A stretch of 64,000 nucleotides of DNA, from assembly GCA_000146465.1 (NCBI GenBank), contig CP001947.1; one strand, 5' to 3'. The first letter of the stretch is position 1, and every line of letters starts with the position of its first letter. The translations under genes were made by a program, and so were the position numbers. The notes beneath the pieces were generated by a model. It did not search any database. It saw nothing but the letters and a program-made list of their open reading frames with translations, and was not told the origin of the DNA. Positions 47,512 through 57,681 of this stretch are shown one piece after another.

Positions 47512-47583
47512 GACGGTGTGGCGCAATGGTAGCGCGTCGGATTCCAGTCCCGAAGGTTCTAGGTTCAAATCCTAGCTCCGTCA
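47512..47583 (+). tRNA. tRNA-Trp (anticodon CCA)
   Basis: GACGGTG-TGGCGCAATGGTAGCGC-GTCGGATTCCAGTCCCGAAG-GTTCT-AGGTTCAAATCCTAG-CTCCGTC-A; A box TGGCGCAATGG, B box GGTTCAAATCC; anticodon loop TTCCAGT; very close to the metazoan/fungal tRNA-Trp consensus; T-rich tract downstream. Confidence 0.85.
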
Positions 47584-47673
47584 TTTCTTTTCTCTCGGGA
47601 AGTCTCGGAATGTCTTTTGTCCCAAAGGAAAATGGCCATTGAACCATAGTAAATCAAAACAAAACAATCCCCT

Positions 47674-49821
47674 ATGAAAGCCGAGGAATCTCGGGGCCAA
47701 AGCCCTGTCTCAGACCAAGGGTTATGGGAATATGCAGTTTCTTCCATCTTCACCGGAGCTCAAAGGAAGTTTAGAGAAGCATTGGTCATCCCAGGCCTTC
47801 GGCCTCCGGGACCTAGGATTCATTTTGTACCCAAGGATGTCTGGAAGGCCATAAAGGAGGATCTTTCCACGGAATGCAACCCTTGCTACGAGTATCGGGA
47901 AGAGCCTTGGAGAGCAGTTTTTGTTACGTTTGTGATAGATGAGCTTGTCCCTAACACCAATGCCCCAGAGACCGGAAGAAGCATGGTTGTCAAGGTTGGA
48001 TGGATACTTTCCATACTCCAGTCTCTTGTTAGCCTCAACGACTTTAGGTCTTACGAACGGCCTTGCCGTACAGGAGGAATGGGGAAGTCTAGAAAGATAG
48101 TAAATGTCCTCTCCAGTTCGACAGATAGAGTGTTTGATGTGGTGCTGGAAATAATGGGCTTCGAGGTTGGGCTGGACGAGTTTATGAGCCTGTACAGAAT
48201 TATGGCGCTGGACGGGAGGGTGATCCATCCCTTAGTGAAACTTGAAGGCTTTGGAGATGGAAGTGTACTCCGGATCTCAAGGATTGTAAGGATGCCTGAC
48301 GGAAGGGCTCTGTCTGCCGACAGCCACATGAAGAACATAGCCCGGGGACTTAAGAATCAAGGGAATACGTGTTTTATGAATAGCGGGCTTCAATGCCTGA
48401 CAAATTGCTGGAAGCTCACGGAGTATTTCATGAGCAAGGAGTATGAAAAACATTTGGACGAGACAAAGCCTATTCATGTATCTCTGGCCAATGCATACTA
48501 TGATCTTATCTCGGAGATGTACAATGGAGATCAACAGTCCATTGTGCCATCTGGGATCCGTGCAAGCCTGGGATCGGTTTATGAGGAATACAAGGGAAAT
48601 GAAGAGCAGGATGCAGCGGAATTTATCGGAAAGACACTAGACATGCTTCATGAGGGTCTTTCAAAGGGATATGGGGACAGCGAGAAGAAAGAAAGCTGGA
48701 AGCGGTCGATTGTCACCGACCTGTTTTTCTTCTCTCAGAAATCGACGTTGACATGCAAGGAGTGCGGAAGAAGCAAGACATCTGTCGAGCCCTCGATGTG
48801 TCTTTCTTTGCCTATTCCATACCAAAGGGAATACAAAGAGAACATTGTGTTGTTCTATGAGTCTGGCAGGAGACAGCCTTTAAGAACGTATGCAGACGTG
48901 TCTTCCAGCATTGGAGATCTTAAGAGGATACTGAGAGCAGACTATGATGTGGCTGGAAAGGTTACGTGCATATGGTATGGCGCAGGACGGAGGATGTTTG
49001 AACTTGGAGATGACGTTATTCTGAAGGATGTTCCGCAGACCTTGTTCTGCTACGAGTACTTTGAGGATAAGAAATACTGCTGGGTCCATCTGAAGACTAA
49101 GAAACTGTTTATAGACAGGTCATTTAAGTTCAACATATTGATCCGAGCCTTTGGAAGTAATGAATCGCTAATATTCTTGGAGATGAAGAAGACGATAGCC
49201 CATCTTGTTGAAAGGGAAGCACAGTGCATTCTGGAACGGGAGGACATTTCCCCATACTTCAAGCTAGAAATAGCGGCGTGGGATTATGGGGAGAAAACAA
49301 TCGACTCTCCTGTTGTGGTGGCGATAAGTAGATCCCACGGGGGGAAAAGGCTGTTTGGGGCTTCCTGGAACCCTCTGGACACGATTCGGGCGATAGATGC
49401 ACCATCCATTACCCTTCAACACTGCTTAGACAAGTTTCTGGAGAAGGAAGATCTTCATCCCTCGGAGCTCTTACATTGCGAGGGGTGTGGCAGAAAGAGA
49501 AGGTTCAGTAAGAAGATGGACTTGGAGTGTCTCCCTGTGTATCTGATAGTCCAGCTGAAGAGGTTCCAGTATGTCAACTCCTTTCCCGTAAAGATCTCAA
49601 CTCTGGTTGGATATTCCCTGGATAGATTTTCCATTTGTGGAACGGAATACAAAGTCATAGGAGTGTGCAACCATGACTCGGATACAGTCACATCTAGTGG
49701 ACATTATGTAAGCTATCTTCGAAAGGACGGATGGTACCTTTGCAACGACCAGAAGATTGAGAAGGTCTCGAAAATAGACCAGGAATACACATATGTTCTC
49801 TTTCTTGAAAGATGTGTCTAG
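47674..49821 (+). CDS. ubiquitin carboxyl-terminal hydrolase (USP/UBP family)
   Basis: Cys box GLKNQGNTCFMNSGLQCL, His box SSGHYVSYLRKDGWYLCNDQKI; ATG preceded by CCCC. Confidence 0.85.
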   Translation: MKAEESRGQSPVSDQGLWEYAVSSIFTGAQRKFREALVIPGLRPPGPRIHFVPKDVWKAIKEDLSTECNPCYEYREEPWRAVFVTFVIDELVPNTNAPETGRSMVVKVGWILSILQSLVSLNDFRSYERPCRTGGMGKSRKIVNVLSSSTDRVFDVVLEIMGFEVGLDEFMSLYRIMALDGRVIHPLVKLEGFGDGSVLRISRIVRMPDGRALSADSHMKNIARGLKNQGNTCFMNSGLQCLTNCWKLTEYFMSKEYEKHLDETKPIHVSLANAYYDLISEMYNGDQQSIVPSGIRASLGSVYEEYKGNEEQDAAEFIGKTLDMLHEGLSKGYGDSEKKESWKRSIVTDLFFFSQKSTLTCKECGRSKTSVEPSMCLSLPIPYQREYKENIVLFYESGRRQPLRTYADVSSSIGDLKRILRADYDVAGKVTCIWYGAGRRMFELGDDVILKDVPQTLFCYEYFEDKKYCWVHLKTKKLFIDRSFKFNILIRAFGSNESLIFLEMKKTIAHLVEREAQCILEREDISPYFKLEIAAWDYGEKTIDSPVVVAISRSHGGKRLFGASWNPLDTIRAIDAPSITLQHCLDKFLEKEDLHPSELLHCEGCGRKRRFSKKMDLECLPVYLIVQLKRFQYVNSFPVKISTLVGYSLDRFSICGTEYKVIGVCNHDSDTVTSSGHYVSYLRKDGWYLCNDQKIEKVSKIDQEYTYVLFLERCV

Positions 49822-49876
49822 AATAATAAATGGTTGTATTTAGCTGTTGAAGCCTAGGATTGGTTTTGGTAAAAAG

Positions 49877-52800
49877 ATGGGGAAGGCAGTCCCCATGGGA
49901 TTTGAGTCCACGGGGGACCTTGGATATACTGACTATTTTGAGCGGTTAGGAACGGTTGTTGGGAGAAGTGACGAGTTAGTGGTAAGGAGGGTGATGGAGG
50001 TGCTGTGTGGAGATGTAAGCTGTAAGCAGGAGATTGTTGAGGAGGTTATTGGAAAAAGCTTAGCGAGGGAAGACTTTGAAGAGATGGTGAAGCTAACAGA
50101 AAGATTCCTCAACAGAGATACAAAGAAGATTGACTTTGAAGATGTTGAGCTATTTGATGTTTTATTTACTCTTCGAGAGAAGAAGAGGCTCCTTGAGATT
50201 ATAAGGAAAAGCACGGATCTTGAAAAGGATCTCCTTAGGGCTCTTGGGGGCCGGAAGATGTATTTTATGAGATACATACTCGACAACAAAAAGATGTTTG
50301 AACATTTTCTTGGCTATCAACTGTTTCCAGATACAAGAAGGGAGATACAGAAACTGATGAGGAGCGAAGGAGGTCCTCCAGCCTTTATCAAGTACATAGA
50401 CAGCGATGTACTGAGTCTTATGAAGGGGAGCAAGGTGATTGATTTGGAAAAGACATCAGATGCCAGCGGTACACATATGATAAGAGGGGAGTATCCTACA
50501 GGATCAAGTGTAAGGTACGAAGATGGAGCCAAGATTGTTTTTGTTCCAGGGCAAAAGGTGGATGTTGAGTTTGACGGAGAGCCTCCGGAAAATGTAAAGA
50601 GGCTCTTTGGAAGGAACTTTGTGTTCAACTATGTCCAAAGTGTAGTCCAGAGCTCTGTGCTGAAAGGAGATGGGAATGTTCTTGTGTGTGCACCTACGGG
50701 GAGTGGAAAGACAGTTATAGGAATGATGTGTATTCTCAAGGAGATTGAAGCAAGAAAGAAGGTGCGGGTTGGATACATTGCTCCCATGAAAGCACTGGCA
50801 AGGGAGATATGCAAGACCATTGGAAAAGTGTTTTCAAAACATGAGGTTTCTGTTGTAGAACACACTTCGGATATCTACTCTGGATATAGGCGTCTTGAGC
50901 AGGCAGGGGTGATAGTATCCACACCGGAGAAGTTTGATATTTTGACAAGAAACACGGACCTCCGCTTCGACCTGGTGATTATTGACGAGATCCACATTAT
51001 TGGGGATTCAAGGGGTGCGACAATAGAAGCCATTGTGGCAAGAATGGCCATGCAAAAGAAATGCAGGATTGTTGGGCTCAGTGCAACTCTTCCTAATTAC
51101 ATGGATGTCGGGACATTTATTGGATGCAGGGATTCGGACATATTCCACTTTGGGCCAGAATTTCGAAAAAACGCAATAGACTACGAATTGATAAACGTTG
51201 GAATGAAGGAAAGGGAAATGGGAGTGGTAATAGAAAAGACGTTGGAGAATCTGGAGTTAGATAAGCCGGTGATTGTGTTTGTACACTCCAGGAGCGAAAC
51301 TCTTGAGGTTGCAAGTGAAATAAGAAGGTATATGGAAAAGACTAGTGATTTGGAAGTGGATGTGAGTGCAGGAGTCCGAGAGCTTCTGAAGTACAGAGTC
51401 GGAATTCATCATGCTGGACTGGACAAGAAGACAAGACAAACAGTTGAAAATCTGTATCGAGATGGAAAAATAGATGTGATGGTGTGCACAGCTACGCTTG
51501 CATGGGGAGTGAATCTCCCTGGAAAGACTGTGATAGTTAAGGGGACCGAAGTGTATGATACTTCTTGCGGATGGAAGGCTATAAAGCAGATCGAGATGCT
51601 CCAGATGTTTGGAAGAGCCGGAAGGTTTGGCGATGGCCGGTGCAAAGGAATACTGGTATCGAGCAAAGACAACGAATTTCTTATTCAACGGAGTATAGAT
51701 TCTAGACTACTTCCTGGATTGTGTGATTGCCTCAATGCAGAGATAGTAAGAGGAATGAGGAGATTTGAGGAGATGGTGGACTGGTTCAAGCATACCTTTT
51801 ACTATACAAGACTGGTGAAAATGAATAGGGAGCCTGGGAAGATGGTTAAAAGCCTTGTGTATAGTGCTCTGAAGCTTTTGGAAGGAGCAGGACTCATTGT
51901 GCTGGAACCCGATATACACCCCACAGCTGTTGGAGAAGTAGCATCTAGATATTACATCTACTATAAGGATGCAAAGAGGCTGTTTGATGGCCTTTCTCAA
52001 AACATGTTGGAATCGTCTTTACTGCAAATCCTAGAGGGAACAAGGGAATTCTCTGATCTAAATGGTAACGAGAAGGAGATGGAGTCCCTCAAGGATCTTG
52101 TGCCTATCCCCACTGAATCCATATTTGGGCTACAGGTACAGTGTTATATAGCCAACCGAATGAACTCAGCACCTCTCTCTCAGAATCTCTGCAGGGTGTT
52201 CAGGGCGCTGTTTGAGATTGGAATGAGAAAGAAGCTTGGGATCGCAAAGACAATACTGGGGTGGTGTAAAGCAGCAGAGCATAGGATATTTCCGTACCAG
52301 ACACCTTTGAGGCATTTTACAGACGATGTGGAAGTCCTGAGGAGTCTGGAGATGAAGGAAATTCCTTTTAAGGTGTTGGAGGTACTGGGCAAGGATGGGC
52401 TAGATGAGATAGGAATTGGAGGGAGCATCATAGTTGAAGCCCTAAAATATGTTCCCAAATTCAATATCTCTCCGAGTATTCGAGTTGCAGCACCTGGAAA
52501 CTATGTCATAAGCATTGGAATCGAAAAAACGTTCTGCGACAGCAAGATCGAAAGTAATATGTACCATCTTTTCATAACCGATTCAAAAGAGTCGAGTCTG
52601 GTTGTGTGTGACACAGTAATATTCCAAAAGGAGTGTGAGTATGTATGCCAGAATTATGGGGTATGCACAGACTCTCCATTTCTGAACATCTACCTTCTCT
52701 CTAGTCATTATCTGTGTCCCATACATCCTGTAACATTAGATCTGAGGAGTAGTATGGAATCTTCTCCTTCGGTATTTAGTAGAGTGTGGAGGTCTTTTAT

Positions 52801-54319
52801 GGAAAAGAAAGCATCTGGGATGAACAATTGCGTCAAACTGGATCTATTCCACAATGAAATTTCCACAGAAGTGGTGGTTGTGCCCAGCTATGCTGAGAAA
52901 AGAAGGTTAATGCTTCTGGGCTACAGGGCATACACTTATGAGGAGTTTGTTTCTTGGAGGGTTATTTCTGGCCCTGTTACTATTGTGGAGGTGGACGGGA
53001 TTATTTCGAACCACCTTATAGAAGCTTGCATGGCACATTGTATCATAAGAAATATTCGGATGGTTCTGGTAGGACTTCCATTTACAACGGGTGGAGGAAT
53101 TGAATCGATCGGAAAGATTGAAAAGAACCTGAAGGAAATAGGTGTAGAAGTTTGTGAGTCTTACTCTCCTACATACCATGGCCAGCTCTTTGACTTCAAG
53201 ATTAGGATAATCGAAAATATCCGTGGGGTGGATGTGGAGGAGAGCTCATGTCTTATCATTTGCTCTACAATGAAGATGATTGGATATTTCAAAAAGTTCT
53301 TTGAAGATGCAAGGATTGCTTCAGAGTATACAGGAATCCATAAGGGTGTGTACTTCGCTACAAAGAGAGTGGTTGATCTATGGGTAGATAGGAGATGGAG
53401 TCCCGAAGTATCCCAAGTCCACATTGTCGGGACAGACTACTACGACCACGAGACCTCATCTTATGTCGATTACTCTCTTGCGGATGTTAAGAGGTATTCC
53501 CTCCTTGGTAAAAAGGCAGTTCTTTACGTGAGGGAAAGTAAGAAGGCGCTATACTTTGGAAATGGAACTGTTCCTTTGCACTATTGCTCGTCTGAAAGGA
53601 AAGAGCTCTATTTGTATCCATACTGGTTGGGATGTAAACCAGAGAAGAGCCAAGGAAGTTCTCTATTTGTTAAGGACCAAGAACTAACGCGATATGGGAT
53701 GATACTGTGTAAGTATTGTGTTGGAATCGACACTGTTGAAATGTTCATTGAAAAGGCCAAGGATAAGATGGGGTTGAAGAGCATTCGGGCTCTTGTGTGT
53801 GGGGCAGGGGAGCTTGTGCTTGATGTTGATCCAGATGAGTTGGAAGCATTATCTAAGACAGGGGTGGATCTTTCGTTTGGAAAGGCATATGGGATGACTT
53901 CATACGTACTGGATATGAGTGAAGGAGACGAAAGGATTCTTCAGCAGTATGCTGGGAGTATACTTCCGGTGGTGAATAGGTTATACTTGTGTCTCGTGGA
54001 AGTTTCATTAGAAAAAATGTATCTGAAAACAGCATTCAACACCATGTTTGGACTCCAGAATATTATGAGTGTCTTTATCGAGGACAAGGACAAGTTCTAC
54101 AATGCAAAGCTTTGCGGGGGAGCTGTGCTCATTGAAGTTTTGTCCGTCCCTCGAAGCCCGATGGGATGGGTTGTGTTCTTTCTATTTGACGGATCGAAAG
54201 AGTCCGAGATTATTTATATCGAATGCCCAGGAACATACTCCACATCTTGGAACCACAAGATCTGCTATGTGATGAGCGACAGCTACCCTGGCTTTGAGAA
54301 GATCGAGGACAAGGCATAA
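49877..54319 (+). CDS. Brr2/Slh1-family Ski2-like RNA helicase with Sec63 domain and a degenerate second cassette
   Basis: First cassette carries VLVCAPTGSGKT, IIDEIH, VGLSATLPN, GIHHAGL, VCTATLAWGVNLP and MFGRAGR. The C-terminal half is helicase-like but lacks Walker A/B, as in the inactive Brr2 cassette. The start is ambiguous between ATG 49877 and ATG 49895; the latter has CCCC upstream. Confidence 0.7.
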   Translation: MGKAVPMGFESTGDLGYTDYFERLGTVVGRSDELVVRRVMEVLCGDVSCKQEIVEEVIGKSLAREDFEEMVKLTERFLNRDTKKIDFEDVELFDVLFTLREKKRLLEIIRKSTDLEKDLLRALGGRKMYFMRYILDNKKMFEHFLGYQLFPDTRREIQKLMRSEGGPPAFIKYIDSDVLSLMKGSKVIDLEKTSDASGTHMIRGEYPTGSSVRYEDGAKIVFVPGQKVDVEFDGEPPENVKRLFGRNFVFNYVQSVVQSSVLKGDGNVLVCAPTGSGKTVIGMMCILKEIEARKKVRVGYIAPMKALAREICKTIGKVFSKHEVSVVEHTSDIYSGYRRLEQAGVIVSTPEKFDILTRNTDLRFDLVIIDEIHIIGDSRGATIEAIVARMAMQKKCRIVGLSATLPNYMDVGTFIGCRDSDIFHFGPEFRKNAIDYELINVGMKEREMGVVIEKTLENLELDKPVIVFVHSRSETLEVASEIRRYMEKTSDLEVDVSAGVRELLKYRVGIHHAGLDKKTRQTVENLYRDGKIDVMVCTATLAWGVNLPGKTVIVKGTEVYDTSCGWKAIKQIEMLQMFGRAGRFGDGRCKGILVSSKDNEFLIQRSIDSRLLPGLCDCLNAEIVRGMRRFEEMVDWFKHTFYYTRLVKMNREPGKMVKSLVYSALKLLEGAGLIVLEPDIHPTAVGEVASRYYIYYKDAKRLFDGLSQNMLESSLLQILEGTREFSDLNGNEKEMESLKDLVPIPTESIFGLQVQCYIANRMNSAPLSQNLCRVFRALFEIGMRKKLGIAKTILGWCKAAEHRIFPYQTPLRHFTDDVEVLRSLEMKEIPFKVLEVLGKDGLDEIGIGGSIIVEALKYVPKFNISPSIRVAAPGNYVISIGIEKTFCDSKIESNMYHLFITDSKESSLVVCDTVIFQKECEYVCQNYGVCTDSPFLNIYLLSSHYLCPIHPVTLDLRSSMESSPSVFSRVWRSFMEKKASGMNNCVKLDLFHNEISTEVVVVPSYAEKRRLMLLGYRAYTYEEFVSWRVISGPVTIVEVDGIISNHLIEACMAHCIIRNIRMVLVGLPFTTGGGIESIGKIEKNLKEIGVEVCESYSPTYHGQLFDFKIRIIENIRGVDVEESSCLIICSTMKMIGYFKKFFEDARIASEYTGIHKGVYFATKRVVDLWVDRRWSPEVSQVHIVGTDYYDHETSSYVDYSLADVKRYSLLGKKAVLYVRESKKALYFGNGTVPLHYCSSERKELYLYPYWLGCKPEKSQGSSLFVKDQELTRYGMILCKYCVGIDTVEMFIEKAKDKMGLKSIRALVCGAGELVLDVDPDELEALSKTGVDLSFGKAYGMTSYVLDMSEGDERILQQYAGSILPVVNRLYLCLVEVSLEKMYLKTAFNTMFGLQNIMSVFIEDKDKFYNAKLCGGAVLIEVLSVPRSPMGWVVFFLFDGSKESEIIYIECPGTYSTSWNHKICYVMSDSYPGFEKIEDKA

Positions 54320-54385
54320 AACCTTGAGACTGTGGAACAATTTGACACCACGTCTATTAAATCTGAAGGGAGAACCCATATCATA

Positions 54386-57358
54386 ATGAACAGGAAGGAG
54401 AATAAAATAGTCACATCCAAGTATACAGCCATGACTTTTTTTCCTTTGAACATATACCATCAGTTGTCAAGGCCATCAAATCTATTTTTCCTTCTGACTC
54501 TTATTCTTCTATCAATTCCGGCGATATCTCCTTTCAGCCCATTTACCTATCTCCTGGCGTTTGTTGTTGTTGTTGGGGCATCGATGATGAAGGATGGAGT
54601 TGAGGACTACAGAAGACACAAGCAAGACAGAATCATAAACGAGAAGCCGGCCAATGTAGTTCGGAGACAAGGGGAAGATGCAAGGGTGGAGGAAATACAT
54701 GTGGAAGATCTCAGTGCTGGAGATCTTATATTTATAATGAAGGATCAGGAAGTACCTGGAGATGTGGTTTTGCTAAACAGCAGAGTAAAGACCTCTGATG
54801 GAATCAAATGCAAAAACTACTGCTTCATAGAGACAAGCAACCTAGATGGAGAAACAAATCTGAAGAAGAAGACGGCACAGCATCATATTCCGTGTGAGGA
54901 AGGAAGGACTGTGCTTGAGTGTGGAGAAGGAAAACTGGACATATGCAGTTGTGACAAATATTACATGGACAGTATATCCGAGTTCTATGTCGAGGATACG
55001 GGGGATTTACTTAACAAGTTTGAGTGCCAAGTGACCATTGGCGGGGAAAACACTCTATGCAACGAAAAGAATGTTCTTTTGAGAGGATCAAGAGTTAGGA
55101 ACACAGAACGTGTTCTTGGTATTGTAGTGTCTGTAGGGAAGCAGACGAAGCTGGGGAAAAGCCACTTCAAGGTAAAGATGAAAATATCTCTTTTTGAAAA
55201 AAGAATAGGAGACTTTATATTTGGAATATTCATGATATACCTGGGGATTCTGGCAGTGACCTCTATTCTTGGCGCTAGATTTCTTAGGAAGGATGACATC
55301 GAATATTTGTACTTGCATGAGTATCTTACCAACGACTCCCTGAAGCAAACAGGAACCAACTATATTCTGTTCAGCTACTTGATTCCTCTGTCTCTGTTTG
55401 TAACTCTTGAGGTATCCCGAATGTTCCATTCGATGTTTATATCTTATGATGACGAAATGGTTGGGAATGGAATGAAGTCCATGTGCAGAAACTCCAACAT
55501 TACAGAGGACATAGGGATGATTGAATATATCTTAACGGATAAGACCGGAACTCTCACAAAGAACTCCATGGTCTTCAAGTATTGCCACGTGTACAACTCT
55601 GAGGATCTTATTTCTCGAGAAGATTTAAAGGAGGAAAGCCTCCATGTGGAACTTGTAAACGACCTGAGTTTGGAAGCTAAGAAGAGCCGGTCGAGAATGA
55701 TGTTCATACTTGCGCTCTTGTGCTGCAATTCGATAGAGCCTCTCAACAACAATTTCGAAGGGATCTCGCAGGACGAGCTGTGTATTATTCAGGAATTAAA
55801 GAACCAGGGCTATGTGCTAGTGAAGAGAGACGAAGACTATGTTCTAGTGGAGATAAACGGAAAAAGAACCAGGTTCAACATAGTGATTTCCCTGGACTTT
55901 ACTTCTGCAAGGCAAAGGATGTCTGTGGTGATGGAGGTGTTGGGAAGGTACATTCTGTTCTGCAAGGGCTCTGACCAGAAACTTCTCGGAGACAAGAGAA
56001 TGGTTTTTGAGCAAGGAGACATGGGAACGATCAAGGCACTTATAAACAACAACTCGGAATACAGGTCCCTTGTTGTCGGATACAAAGAACTGGACAAAAA
56101 AGTAACGGATGAGCTGAAAAGGAAGTATGCTGGGGTTTCCTTGAGAGACAAGTTCCTGGAGCAGGAAAGAATCTTCGACTCGGTGGAGGAGGAGATGGTT
56201 TACTTAGGAACAACGTTTATCGAAGATGAGCTTCAGGAAGACGTAAGAAGTACTATAACTTCCCTCCGGGATGCAGGGATCAAGATATGGATGATCACAG
56301 GCGACAAGAAAGAGACTGCAATCAGCTGCTCAGAAGACTGTGGAATTGTTCAGAAGAACCATGAGGTGCAATCTCTTGCCATAGATGGTAAGGAGTTTCT
56401 GAAGAGGCTCTCAGACCCAGGGATCTTCGATTACAAGTCAATTGTGATATATCGGGCAACACCCTATCATAAGGGAAAGATAGCCGAAAAGATAGTCGAG
56501 CTTGGGAAGAACACACTTTCGATTGGTGACGGAAACAATGATGTCCCCATGCTTACAAGCTCTCATGTTGGTGTAGGGATCATGGGCAAGGAGGGCACAC
56601 AGGCAAGCTTGTCGGCAGACTTTGCCATCCCAGAGTTTAGGTTTCTAAAGAGGCTCATACTTGTCTACGGGCGCTACAACCTCATAAGATTCTCCAAGAT
56701 AACTCTGAATGCATTCTTCAAGAACATATTCTTCATCTCGATACAGTTTCTGTACAATTTCTTCAACGGATACTCGGGAAAACCCATATACAACAACTTC
56801 TTTCTGAACTATTACAATGTACTCTTTACATCCTTTGTCCCGCTGTCCATAGGACTCTTCGACAAGGACAAGCCAGAAAACTACCTAATGTCACATCCCG
56901 AGGATTACAAAAATGCAAGAAGGCTCTTTGGAAGACCTTCATTTGTGTTTGGATTTATCTACACGATCCTTCTTGGGATTGTAGTGTTTTTGCTTTCGGT
57001 CGGCACTGTCTATGTGAAGGACATGGTAAACAAGGAAGGGCTTGTCGGGGGATATATCCTCCTCACGAACTATTTTTCCATTGTTGTCTTTCTGGTTGTA
57101 CTGTCCACACAGATCCGGGAGATCTCCTTCTTTGTTGTATATTCATGGATAGCAATTGCTCTTAGTGTCATTCTTAACTTTGTAACTCTTTTTTTCATTC
57201 AGGAGTTGGATGCCACTGCAAACAATGCAGCCTTTAACCTGTTTTCTCTCCCTGTCTTCTACTTGACTATCCTCTTTGTACTCTCAGGAGTACTGCTTGT
57301 CGACTTTGTTATTATGAAGATGCTTTCTGCAGTAAAGAAGAATCGGGGATGGCCTTGA
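54386..57358 (+). CDS. P4-type ATPase (phospholipid flippase)
   Basis: DKTGTLT phosphorylation site, GDGNNDVPML hinge, and the P4 N-terminal pattern (IVTSKYTAMTFFPLNIYHQLSRPSNLFFL); ORF-track start 54332 is GTG, first ATG 54386. Confidence 0.85.
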   Translation: MNRKENKIVTSKYTAMTFFPLNIYHQLSRPSNLFFLLTLILLSIPAISPFSPFTYLLAFVVVVGASMMKDGVEDYRRHKQDRIINEKPANVVRRQGEDARVEEIHVEDLSAGDLIFIMKDQEVPGDVVLLNSRVKTSDGIKCKNYCFIETSNLDGETNLKKKTAQHHIPCEEGRTVLECGEGKLDICSCDKYYMDSISEFYVEDTGDLLNKFECQVTIGGENTLCNEKNVLLRGSRVRNTERVLGIVVSVGKQTKLGKSHFKVKMKISLFEKRIGDFIFGIFMIYLGILAVTSILGARFLRKDDIEYLYLHEYLTNDSLKQTGTNYILFSYLIPLSLFVTLEVSRMFHSMFISYDDEMVGNGMKSMCRNSNITEDIGMIEYILTDKTGTLTKNSMVFKYCHVYNSEDLISREDLKEESLHVELVNDLSLEAKKSRSRMMFILALLCCNSIEPLNNNFEGISQDELCIIQELKNQGYVLVKRDEDYVLVEINGKRTRFNIVISLDFTSARQRMSVVMEVLGRYILFCKGSDQKLLGDKRMVFEQGDMGTIKALINNNSEYRSLVVGYKELDKKVTDELKRKYAGVSLRDKFLEQERIFDSVEEEMVYLGTTFIEDELQEDVRSTITSLRDAGIKIWMITGDKKETAISCSEDCGIVQKNHEVQSLAIDGKEFLKRLSDPGIFDYKSIVIYRATPYHKGKIAEKIVELGKNTLSIGDGNNDVPMLTSSHVGVGIMGKEGTQASLSADFAIPEFRFLKRLILVYGRYNLIRFSKITLNAFFKNIFFISIQFLYNFFNGYSGKPIYNNFFLNYYNVLFTSFVPLSIGLFDKDKPENYLMSHPEDYKNARRLFGRPSFVFGFIYTILLGIVVFLLSVGTVYVKDMVNKEGLVGGYILLTNYFSIVVFLVVLSTQIREISFFVVYSWIAIALSVILNFVTLFFIQELDATANNAAFNLFSLPVFYLTILFVLSGVLLVDFVIMKMLSAVKKNRGWP

Positions 57359-57681
57359 GAGGTCCTATCTACTGGTGTGTATCCTGGAGTTTGGTAGTTA
57401 AGGAAATTTTTGTATCCCCCTGGATGAAAGAAAGCGATAGACAAATATTTTTTGATGTCAATGCTATCCACAGCTCCACGGAAACAACAGAAGAGGACGA
57501 GATATCCGATATGTTTGATGAAAGGATGTTTAATGACTCCCTTGGAGGAGGAGATTTCATTAAGCTTGAAGAGGAATTAAAAAAGGTAAGGAGCATCAAG
57601 AAACAATAGGCATATTTGCATTCATACTATTCCTAAATTGTGAATAAAGGCTTAAATGCTCTCGATATTCCTTCTTCATGT

